The notes under the pieces were generated by a model, which saw only the letters and a program-made list of their open reading frames with translations, did not search any database and was not told where the DNA came from. A DNA stretch of 16,642 bases from Hormoscilla sp. (lineage in GTDB: Bacteria > Cyanobacteriota > Cyanobacteriia > Cyanobacteriales > Desertifilaceae): NCBI GenBank assembly GCA_051439505.1, contig JBFRWI010000140.1, positions 1 through 16,642 of the forward strand, given 5' to 3'. The translations under genes were made by a program, and so were the position numbers. Shown here piece after piece: positions 9,904 through 16,642 of this stretch (position 1 is the first letter of the stretch; each line of letters opens with the position of its first letter).

Positions 9904-10013
9904 GATTGACAGTTGATTGGGGCAGATTTTAGCTAAAAATACTTAGTCAAGATCTCGAAAAATCAGCTAAGGTAAGAGGAAGATACGCCGTTTTTAGTAG
10001 GTGGTTGAAGGTT

Positions 10014-11531
10014 ATGCGAGAAGAGCTAAATATACTCATACAAGCTCAATACCCTCTGATCTACCTCATGACCCCCGAGGAAGAACGGGCTGAGCAGGCA
10101 ATCTCGATAATTGCTAATAATAAGCCCCCGCGGCGTGTATTTGTCTGGACGGTAACCCACGGCATAGTTGAGTACGGTCAACCGCGCAGCGTAACGCAGC
10201 ACAATACTGTATCTCCCCAGGCCGCAATAGAATGGGCGATCAGACAACCGGCTAAGGAGGCAGGAATATTTATATTCAAAGACTTGCACCCGTTCATAGA
10301 TGCGCCAGAGGTGACGCGATGGCTGCGAGATGCGATCGCCAGTTTTAGGGGCACGCAAAAGACAATCATCATGATGTCGCCGGTGCAGCAAGTGCCGATA
10401 GAGCTGGAAAAGGAAGTGGTGGTGATAGACTTTCCGCTGCCCAGCATCGCCGATCTAAATAAAGTCTTATCTGGCCAGTTAGAGCAAAATGTCCGTCAAA
10501 GTCGGATAAGTACGGAAGGACGGGAAAAACTGCTCAAAGCGGCGCTGGGTTTGACAAAAGATGAAGCCCAAAAAGTATATCGCAAAGCTCAAGTAACCGC
10601 AGGCAAACTCACGGAAGCGGAAGTAGAAATTGTTTTGTCGGAGAAAAAGCAGTTGATTCGTCGCAACGGGATTCTAGAATATCTAGAAGAAGATGAGACG
10701 CTCAACTCGGTCGGCGGTCTAGAAGAGTTAAAGCGATGGTTGAAGCAGCGTTCTAATGCCTTTAGCGAACGGGCAAGGGAATATGGTCTGCCCCAACCGA
10801 AAGGGATGTTAATATTAGGAGTACCGGGCTGCGGTAAGTCCCTAATTGCGAAAACAACATCGCGTTTGTGGGGGTTGCCACTCCTGCGCTTGGATATGGG
10901 GCGAGTATATGATGGCTCGATGGTGGGTCGATCGGAAGCCAACCTGCGCAATGCCCTAAAAACCGCAGAATCGATTTCACCTGCTATACTGTTTATAGAC
11001 GAACTAGATAAGGCTTTTGCTGGAGGTACGGGCTCGGCTGACTCGGATGGGGGCACGTCCAGTCGCATATTTGGCTCCTTCCTGACCTGGATGCAAGAGA
11101 AAAAATCCCCGGTATTTGTAATGGCAACGGCGAACAGAGTCGAACGTTTGCCAGGGGAGTTCCTGAGAAAGGGTCGCTTTGACGAGATTTTCTTTGTAGA
11201 CCTGCCTAATGCGGAAGAAAGGCAAGAGATTTTTAAGATTCATCTGGGAAAACGCCGTCGCGAGATCGATCGCTTTGATATCGAACAATTGGCGAAGGTT
11301 TCCGATGGGTTTTCCGGAGCAGAAATTGAGCAGGCGCTGATAGCTGCAATGTACGAGGCATTTGCCCAGGACCGGGAATTTTCCCAACTGGACATTATTG
11401 CAGCTATCAAGGCGACGTTGCCGCTGTCGAGGACGATGAGCGAGCAGGTAACGGCCCTGAGAGATTGGGCTAGACAGCGTGCGCGTCCGGCTGCATCATC
11501 CGTCGCTGAATATCAGCGGATGGAGTTTTAA
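10014..11531 (+). CDS. ycf46: Ycf46-family AAA+ ATPase
   Basis: Walker A GVPGCGKS, Walker B ILFIDELDK, sensor ATAN, FLRKGRFDEIFFVDLP, N-terminus ELNILIQAQYPLIYL. The ATG at 10014 is preferred over the TTG at 10005. Confidence 0.92.
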   Translation: MREELNILIQAQYPLIYLMTPEEERAEQAISIIANNKPPRRVFVWTVTHGIVEYGQPRSVTQHNTVSPQAAIEWAIRQPAKEAGIFIFKDLHPFIDAPEVTRWLRDAIASFRGTQKTIIMMSPVQQVPIELEKEVVVIDFPLPSIADLNKVLSGQLEQNVRQSRISTEGREKLLKAALGLTKDEAQKVYRKAQVTAGKLTEAEVEIVLSEKKQLIRRNGILEYLEEDETLNSVGGLEELKRWLKQRSNAFSERAREYGLPQPKGMLILGVPGCGKSLIAKTTSRLWGLPLLRLDMGRVYDGSMVGRSEANLRNALKTAESISPAILFIDELDKAFAGGTGSADSDGGTSSRIFGSFLTWMQEKKSPVFVMATANRVERLPGEFLRKGRFDEIFFVDLPNAEERQEIFKIHLGKRRREIDRFDIEQLAKVSDGFSGAEIEQALIAAMYEAFAQDREFSQLDIIAAIKATLPLSRTMSEQVTALRDWARQRARPAASSVAEYQRMEF

Positions 11532-11535
11532 CAGG

Positions 11536-11672
11536 CTTTCTCTCCTGCTCCCAACAGGAGGAAGGGCTAGCTGTTTGCTAGCAGTTACAAAAGTCGTCGT
11601 TGACTTTACCAAACAAAGACGGCGCAAGTTGATAAACCTAAGTTGTCGTTTCTCTCAAACTTAAACTGGAGG
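11536..11672 (+). promoter_or_regulatory. Structured ycf46-ycf35 intergenic region (three hairpins) ending in the RBS GGAGG (11668-11672)
   Basis: Hairpins at 11536-11565 (CTCCTG/CAGGAG core), 11566-11582 (GCTAGC/GCTAGC) and 11590-11607 (AAAGTC/GACTTT). Confidence 0.5.
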
Positions 11673-11681
11673 AAATCCGAA

Positions 11682-12035
11682 ATGTCTCATTTTAGCACTT
11701 TGCGTACCAAAATCTCCGATGCTGAAATCCTGAAGGCTTCTTTACGGGACCTGGGGATCGCTGTGAAGACGGAAGCTGAAATCCGTGGTTATAACGGTCA
11801 GCGTCTGCGTGCGGACATCGTTGCGGTTTTGGAAGGCGAGTATGACCTGGGTTGGTCTCGCAATACTGATGGTTCTTTCGACCTGATCGCCGATCTTTGG
11901 GGTGTTGCTAAGAAGCACAATCAAACCGAACTGATCAATTCTATCAATCAAAAGTACGCTGTTAATAAGACTTTGGCGGAAGTGAAGCGCCCTGGTCTGC
12001 AAAACGCTAACGTGAAGCTGGTCGTCCAAAAGTAG
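11682..12035 (+). CDS. ycf35: Ycf35 / DUF1257 family protein
   Basis: MSHFSTLRTKI, EGEYDLGWSRNTDGSFDLIADLWGVA, INSINQKYA. The ATG at 11682 is preceded by GGAGG; the ORF-track TTG at 11643 is unlikely. Confidence 0.9.
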   Translation: MSHFSTLRTKISDAEILKASLRDLGIAVKTEAEIRGYNGQRLRADIVAVLEGEYDLGWSRNTDGSFDLIADLWGVAKKHNQTELINSINQKYAVNKTLAEVKRPGLQNANVKLVVQK

Positions 12036-12060
12036 ATTCAGCTTTTGCGTTCCCAAGCGG

Positions 12061-12095
12061 GCGGGTTAACCTGGAAGCGGGTTAACCCGTTTTCT
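12061..12095 (+). terminator. Intrinsic terminator of the ycf46 operon
   Basis: CGGGTTAACC (12062-12071) / GGTTAACCCG (12080-12089) stem followed by TTTTCT. Confidence 0.7.
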
Positions 12096-12109
12096 ATTGG
12101 GGAATTGAA

Positions 12110-12134
12110 AATGGCTAATGGCTAATGGCTAATG
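12110..12134 (+). repeat. Heptamer (AATGGCT)x3 plus a partial copy
   Basis: Read directly. Confidence 0.8.
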
Positions 12135-12447
12135 TTTTTGTGCTCCTTTGTCCATGATAGTAGCAGCATCTCTAACCCGGAAACACCCGATCGCACTTCC
12201 CGAACCGGCGGGGATTGTTTCGTCACATTAGCTGGCTTGGGTATGAGAAAATATTATCCCGATTGAAATGCGATCGGGGGTCTTTGGCGATACCAACAGA
12301 TACAGGAGTGTTGGTTTCTTGTCGCAGCGGCGATCGCGCTGAAATTTGAAATGGCATCTGTTGGAAAGTACATAAGCGATCGGGAAATCTTCACAGTCCC
12401 CTTTCTCCGCGATCGGCTAAAAGGAGGTATATTCACTTCTTAAGATT

Positions 12448-12675
12448 ATGGAAGTTCTAAAACTGAGCGCTAAGACTGATGAATCTGGTTGTTTGCATCT
12501 GCAAATTCCAACGCAATTAGCGACAGCAGAGGTGAATGTTGTCATCGTGTTGAATCCTGTTTCATCAGTCGAGAAGAAGCCGCGAGTCAAGTATGATTTC
12601 TCGGATTTGGTAGGTAAATTAACTTGGCAGGGAGATGCAGTCGCTATGCAGAGGAGTCTGCGGAATGAGTGGTGA
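12448..12675 (+). CDS. Small putative antitoxin-like protein (type II TA, partner-less)
   Basis: 75 aa with a beta-rich N-terminus (KTDESGCLHLQIP..EVNVVIVL) and C-terminus YDFSDLVGKL..DAVAMQRSLRNEW. The stop region overlaps an ATG, as in TA operons. Family assignment is from memory of PIN-toxin partner genes. Confidence 0.55.
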   Translation: MEVLKLSAKTDESGCLHLQIPTQLATAEVNVVIVLNPVSSVEKKPRVKYDFSDLVGKLTWQGDAVAMQRSLRNEW

Positions 12676-12712
12676 ACGTTACTTGATATATTTAATGCTA
12701 TGGATACCTTAG
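12665..12712 (+). pseudogene. Stub of a PIN/VapC-like toxin start (MSGERYL...) running into the xisI start region
   Basis: 15-codon ORF MSGERYLIYLMLWIP overlapping the upstream gene's end. MSGERYL resembles the start of PIN toxins just before the LDTN motif, which is absent. Confidence 0.4.
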
Positions 12713-13031
12713 AGTCTTATCGCAATATTATTCAGTCCTTGTTGACCGCTTATGCTGCGATTCCAATTGCTAATGGAACGATTGATTGCTACCGTGTTTT
12801 CGATACTAAACAAGACCATTACCAGGTCATGAATGTGGGATGGGATGGCCATCGGCGCGTCTATGGTTCGGTTTTACATTTGGATATTAAACAGGGCAAG
12901 ATATCGAGCAAAATATGACGGAAATGCGCGTGGCCCAAGAACTTGTCGATCGGGGGGTGGCGAAGGATGATATTGTGCTGGGGTTTCAAGCTCCTGAAAT
13001 TCGCCCATATACTGACTATGCTGTTGGTTAA
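12700..13031 (+). pseudogene. xisI: XisI-family protein, frameshifted at about 12902
   Basis: Frame 1 gives MDTLESYRNIIQ..DHYQVMNVGWDGHRRVYGSVLHLDIKQGKI. A second frame from 12903 gives IEQNMTEMRVAQELVDRGVAKDDIVLGFQAPEIRPYTDYAVG*. The conserved Trp of GKIWI is missing, consistent with a 4-nt deletion. Confidence 0.88.
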
Positions 13032-13036
13032 TTTTA

Positions 13037-13100
13037 TCGGACCTTCCCCGATCGCACTTCCTGGGCCGAGATGCGATCGGGGAAGGTCCGACTCTTTTTT
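13037..13100 (+). terminator. 20-bp perfect hairpin with T-tract right after xisI
   Basis: TCGGACCTTCCCCGATCGCA (13037-13056) / TGCGATCGGGGAAGGTCCGA (13072-13091), then CTCTTTTTT. Confidence 0.75.
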
Positions 13101-13179
13101 CTAACCGATTGGCTAGCGCCGTCAGGATATTCTGGCACGCCGAAAATTCAGGCGATCGGGATTGATATTTGCCAAATTA

Positions 13180-13213
13180 AGAAGCCCGGTTTCTTCGGAG
13201 AAACCGGGCTTCT
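13180..13213. repeat. REP-like palindrome AGAAGCCCGGTTTCT-TCGG-AGAAACCGGGCTTCT
   Basis: Perfect 15-bp arms with a 4-nt loop. Resembles the AGAAACCGGGTTTCT-type dispersed palindromes I recall from Oscillatoriales. Confidence 0.8.
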
Positions 13214-13543
13214 CCCCGCCCGGGTCGGATCGTCTCCCCGCCCGGGTCGGATCGTCTCCCCGCCCGGGTCGGATGGTCTGACAGCCGCAGTCGGATGGTC
13301 TGAGAGCCTTGGTCGGATCGTCTGACAGCCGCAGTCGGATCGTCTGAGAGCCGCAGTCGGATCGTCTCCCCGCCCGGGTCGGATCGTCTGACAGCCGCAG
13401 TCGGATCGTCTGAGAGCCGCAGTCGGATCGTCTGAGAGCCTTGGTCGGATCGTCTGAGAGCCGCAGTCGGATCGTCTGAGAGCCTTGGTCGGATCATCTG
13501 AGAGCCTTGGTCGGATCGTCTGAGAGCCGCAGTCGGATGGTCT
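13214..13543. repeat. 15 x 22-bp tandem array: 10-nt variable block + 12-nt constant GTCGGAT(C/G)GTCT
   Basis: Parsed unit by unit; exact 22-bp period over 330 bp. Confidence 0.95.
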
Positions 13544-13802
13544 CACTGCTTTAGCTTGGTTTTACCCTAGCCTTTCAGAGAAAACAAAAAAGGCCCTTTT
13601 GGGAAAATAGCCCATTTTTACGGTCTAATATACCCCCCTGTGAGTTGTACAAAAATGGCCCTGTAAGCAATTGCGCTCATTCACATCACTAAATTGCTGG
13701 CATTGGGAAAGTCTTTGGGAGCAAGGATCAGGCGAGACTTTCGGGATCCATATCTGTAGCAAGCATTGGTTAATGGCGATGACGGCGCTACATAAAGTAG
13801 TT

Positions 13803-13828
13803 CGACCACCGACCACCGACCACCGACC
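13803..13828 (+). repeat. Heptamer (CGACCAC)x3 plus a partial copy
   Basis: Read directly. Confidence 0.8.
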
Positions 13829-14112
13829 CGATCGTATTTCCAAAAATATCAGCCTCTCATCAACATAGAGCGGGCAATACTTTCAGGCTCTGATTTGTAG
13901 CAATTGTTTTTGATAACCTGGGGACGGCGATCGGGACGCGATCGCGCGGTATTGGGGGTGAGTTCGACAGCTCTTGGTTAGGGAGAAGGGAGTTGTCGCC
14001 GGTGTCTTCACCTGCGGTCACTCTCTGGCCACTCCTCACTCTCCACAACTCGGGAGGCCACTCCCCACTCCCTTTCAAGGGTATGTTTTTAACAATTCGT
14101 CGAAATGTAACA

Positions 14113-14240
14113 GACGCGGTGACGCGGTGACGCGGTGACGCGGTGACGCGGTGAAAAAAGCGCTCCTTTTCTCACCGAAAAATTAGAAGTTCGACCTGTC
14201 CAGTGCGTCTCCCTGTCTCCGTGTCCCCGCGTCACCCGCG
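14113..14240. repeat. Octamer (GACGCGGT)x5 (14113-14152) with degenerate inverted copies at about 14205-14240 and an internal hairpin at 14149-14177
   Basis: Read directly. The downstream TCCCTGTC TCCGTGTC CCCGCGTC are degenerate reverse complements. Confidence 0.8.
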
Positions 14241-14425
14241 AGATCTGTAGGGGCTCCCGCATTTGGGGGGATAACATAAGTCAGAGCCGATCGCGGCCCA
14301 ATTCAGTTTGGAGGTGCCGTCATTTTGGTCATGAAGAAGCGCTCGCTGGCCCCAGGGCACCGGCGAGTACCAGGGCGGACGCGATCGCCAACCTCAGTAA
14401 GAACTGAGTAATATAAAACAAAGTC

Positions 14426-14473
14426 CCGTCTTAGTAACCAGTCTTTCAGGTTATCCAAGCCGCCGATATGAGA
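14426..14473 (-). pseudogene. Short fragment of a second Ycf46-family AAA ATPase gene
   Basis: SHIGGLDNLKDWLLRR aligns with SVGGLEELKRWLKQR of the intact ycf46 in this window. No Walker A follows. Confidence 0.6.
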
Positions 14474-14489
14474 AGCGTTTACCATGATA

Positions 14490-15704
14490 TTATTTGCGAT
14501 CGAGCTTCGCCAGGTTCTCCACTGCCTTTTCCATGTCTTCCCTCCTACACAAAGTGCTTAGGCGTAAGAAACCTTCTCCACTAGCACCAAACAAAGAACC
14601 AGGTATGCCAACAATACCTGTTTTGAACAACAGTTCGTTAAAAATTTCCCACGAACTCATTCCCTCGGGTCCATTGACCCATATATAAGGATTATTAGTG
14701 CCACCAAAACAGGTCAGTCCAAAAGCGGACAAACCTTCCTTGAGAATTCTGGTATTTTCCAGGTAATAGTTGACAATTTCTTGACATTCTTGTTGGCCCT
14801 GTTGCGATAAAGCAGCAATGCCTCCTTGTTGTGCTAAATTAGAAGCACCCCAAAACCTGATAGATTGACTGAGTCTAAACATCTCGGTCAACTCTCCTGC
14901 TACAGTGCTTTCCAGGGTTAGAGCAACGGGAACCACAGACCAACCTAATCTCAAGCCAGTGAATCCGGCCATTTTGGAAAAACTGCCAATTTCGATCGCA
15001 CATTCAGCAGCCCCTTCTATTTCATAAATACTTCTAGGAATGTGGGGCTCGGTAATAAACGCACTATAAACAGCATCAAAAATTATGATAGAATTGTAGC
15101 TTCTAGCATAGTCAACAAAGGCTTTGAGTTTTTCTTTTGTGGCCACTCCTCCTGTGGGATTGTTGGGAAAACAAAGGTAAATTACATCCACCTTTGATTT
15201 GGGAAGTTCGGGAATAAAATTATTCCCCTCGTTGCACCCTAGATAGATGATTTGACTCCTCCCTGCCAAGAGATTTGCCTCTAAATATGGGGGATATATC
15301 GGGTCTTGTAGGGCAATAACATTATCTAGACCAAATAGTCCTTGGATATCAAAAGTGGCTGACTGAGCCCCATCACTGACAAAAATTTCCTCCGGTTGTA
15401 AGTAAATTCCACGATGTTTGTAGTGGTTGTTGCAGATAGCCTCTCTCAGCTTGACATTTCCTTCAAATTGCCCATATCCTGTATAAGTTGACTGATGACC
15501 GAGGCGGGCAGCAGCATCAACTAAAGCTTCAACAATTGTTGGAGGTAAGGGATGATTGGTGTCACCCCACGCCATCATGTATATTTCTTTTTGAGGATTG
15601 GAAGATTGATGAACTTCAATCTTCTTCATTAGCTTATTCCTGACCATATCGGCGAAGGTAGAAGAAGCAAACAAGTTACTCAAGTTTATATTTTTTGTAG
15701 TCAT
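14490..15704 (-). CDS. PLP-dependent aminotransferase, LL-diaminopimelate aminotransferase (DapL/ALD1) family, divergent
   Basis: YTGYG, EIFVSDGA, DVIYLCFPNNPTG, IIFDAVYSAFI, PRSIYEIEGA, SFSKMAGFTGLRLGW (PLP lysine), NNPYIW, PGSLFGASGEGFLRLS. Confidence 0.88.
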   Translation of the reverse strand: MTTKNINLSNLFASSTFADMVRNKLMKKIEVHQSSNPQKEIYMMAWGDTNHPLPPTIVEALVDAAARLGHQSTYTGYGQFEGNVKLREAICNNHYKHRGIYLQPEEIFVSDGAQSATFDIQGLFGLDNVIALQDPIYPPYLEANLLAGRSQIIYLGCNEGNNFIPELPKSKVDVIYLCFPNNPTGGVATKEKLKAFVDYARSYNSIIIFDAVYSAFITEPHIPRSIYEIEGAAECAIEIGSFSKMAGFTGLRLGWSVVPVALTLESTVAGELTEMFRLSQSIRFWGASNLAQQGGIAALSQQGQQECQEIVNYYLENTRILKEGLSAFGLTCFGGTNNPYIWVNGPEGMSSWEIFNELLFKTGIVGIPGSLFGASGEGFLRLSTLCRREDMEKAVENLAKLDRK

Positions 15705-15720
15705 ATTTGGAGTTGTGGTT

Positions 15721-16642
15721 ATGTTTTCAATACTGATCGTTTATGAAGCTGAAAATCTCGAACTCTTGATTGGGCAACTCAAGGCAAGTATACCAGATCT
15801 CGACGTCCATATATGGCCAAAAGTGGAGAACCCAGAGAAAATAGAAGCAATCTTAACATGGAAGCCTCCTCTGGGAATAATGGAAAAATTTCGGAACCTG
15901 AAGGTAATTATTTCCCTAGGGGCGGGAGTAGAAGAGATTTTAAGAGACCCCCATCTTCCCCCAACTGTGCCCATTGTTCGTATTGTTGAGCCAACTGTGG
16001 CATCAAGAATGACTGAATACATATTGTTAGCTGTTCTTCGTTTTCACAAACAAGCATTTGCATATCAAACATTTCAAAAAGCGCGACATTGGGAACCTTT
16101 ACCTTTACAAGCAACTCGCTTCTGTACTATAGGAATGTTAGGTCTTGGTATTCTTGGTACCGATGCTGCTCGGAAACTCAATACTCTTGGTTTTCCTATT
16201 CGTGGTTGGAGTCGGACAGCAAAGAACATCGATGGTATAGAGTGTTTTCATGGACGAGACCAGTTAGAACTTTGCTTGAGTAAATGTCGAGTCCTGGTGT
16301 GCTTACTTCCCTTAACTGTGGAAACAGAAGGGATTCTTAATCGTGAAACATTTTCAGCCATGCCTCAAGGAAGTTATTTGATTAATGTTGCACGGGGAAA
16401 ACACTTAGTAGAAACAGATTTATTAGAATCATTAGATTCCGGTCAACTTTCAGGTGCTTGTCTGGATGTTTTCTCTCAGGAACCTTTGCCTGAAAATCAT
16501 CCATTTTGGTCACACCCTCAAATTACCATAACACCACATGTGGCAACTCAAACTGATTCTGAATATTGGACAGAACAGATTGTAGATGCTATTCGTTGCC
16601 TTCGTGCTGGTCTTCCTTTGCAGAATGTGGTGAATTCTCAAC
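15721..16642 (+). CDS. D-2-hydroxyacid dehydrogenase, GhrA (glyoxylate/hydroxypyruvate reductase A)-like; 3' end just outside the window
   Basis: Own translation (not in the ORF track), open for 307 codons from ATG 15721 with GGAG 8 nt upstream: SLGAGVE, RMTEY, Rossmann GMLGLGILG, GWSRT, LLPLTVETEGILN, INVARGKHL, LDVFSQEPLPENHPFW, ITPHVA. Confidence 0.92.
   Translation, partial: MFSILIVYEAENLELLIGQLKASIPDLDVHIWPKVENPEKIEAILTWKPPLGIMEKFRNLKVIISLGAGVEEILRDPHLPPTVPIVRIVEPTVASRMTEYILLAVLRFHKQAFAYQTFQKARHWEPLPLQATRFCTIGMLGLGILGTDAARKLNTLGFPIRGWSRTAKNIDGIECFHGRDQLELCLSKCRVLVCLLPLTVETEGILNRETFSAMPQGSYLINVARGKHLVETDLLESLDSGQLSGACLDVFSQEPLPENHPFWSHPQITITPHVATQTDSEYWTEQIVDAIRCLRAGLPLQNVVNSQ

Noticed and set aside
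10026..12056. Antisense and alternative-frame ORFs over ycf46/ycf35 (and similar ones over the sugar transferase, sigC, lipA, hetR, the aminotransferase and the dehydrogenase)
   Set aside because: They are shadows of well-supported genes and have no recognisable motifs.
12700..13031. Excisable fdxN-type (xisF/H/I) element
   Set aside because: There is no recombinase, no intact xisH and no interrupted host gene; stand-alone xisI copies are common.
13214..13543. CRISPR or mini-CRISPR array
   Set aside because: The 12-nt constant part and 10-nt recurring blocks are far too short and are not unique.
13071..13546. ORFs 13071-13325 (+), 13148-13546 (-) and 13177-13497 (-)
   Set aside because: They are by-products of a stop-poor 22-bp repeat whose period is not a multiple of 3, and they have no protein-like features.
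13625..14277. Short ORFs in the repeat-rich spacer (13625-13843, 13671-13868, 13860-14078, 14089-14277)
   Set aside because: They run through heptamer/octamer repeats and show no RBS or family motif I can support.
14490..15704. Assigning the symbol dapL
   Set aside because: Several DapL substrate-specificity motifs are altered, so the function is uncertain.

Overview
This window is from a filamentous cyanobacterium. It carries at least 15 perfect HIP1 GCGATCGC octamers, short tandem heptamer/octamer repeats and hetR; an Oscillatoriales-like, non-heterocystous host is my inference. The left part holds a convergent pair of polysaccharide genes (WecB/TagA-family glycosyltransferase, WcaJ/CpsE-like priming sugar transferase), a sigma-70-like ORF, sigC, lipA and tRNA-Pro(CGG). 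The centre holds hetR, preceded on the same strand by a 102-aa ORF with a hydrophobic N-terminus and TWO RGSGR motifs (a patX-type HetR inhibitor). It also has candidate HetR boxes upstream of hetR and of the sugar transferase, and a mosaic 80-84-bp tandem array. The conserved RHH-protein/ycf46/ycf35 operon follows, with a structured intergenic region. The right part is a decaying accessory zone: an orphan antitoxin-like gene with a short toxin-like stub, a frameshifted xisI, palindromic elements, a 15 x 22-bp array with four interchangeable 10-nt cassettes, and a short ycf46-paralog fragment. It ends in an AT-richer head-to-head pair: a DapL-family aminotransferase with an ALD1-like altered pocket and a GhrA-like D-2-hydroxyacid dehydrogenase that runs off the window and is missing from the ORF track.
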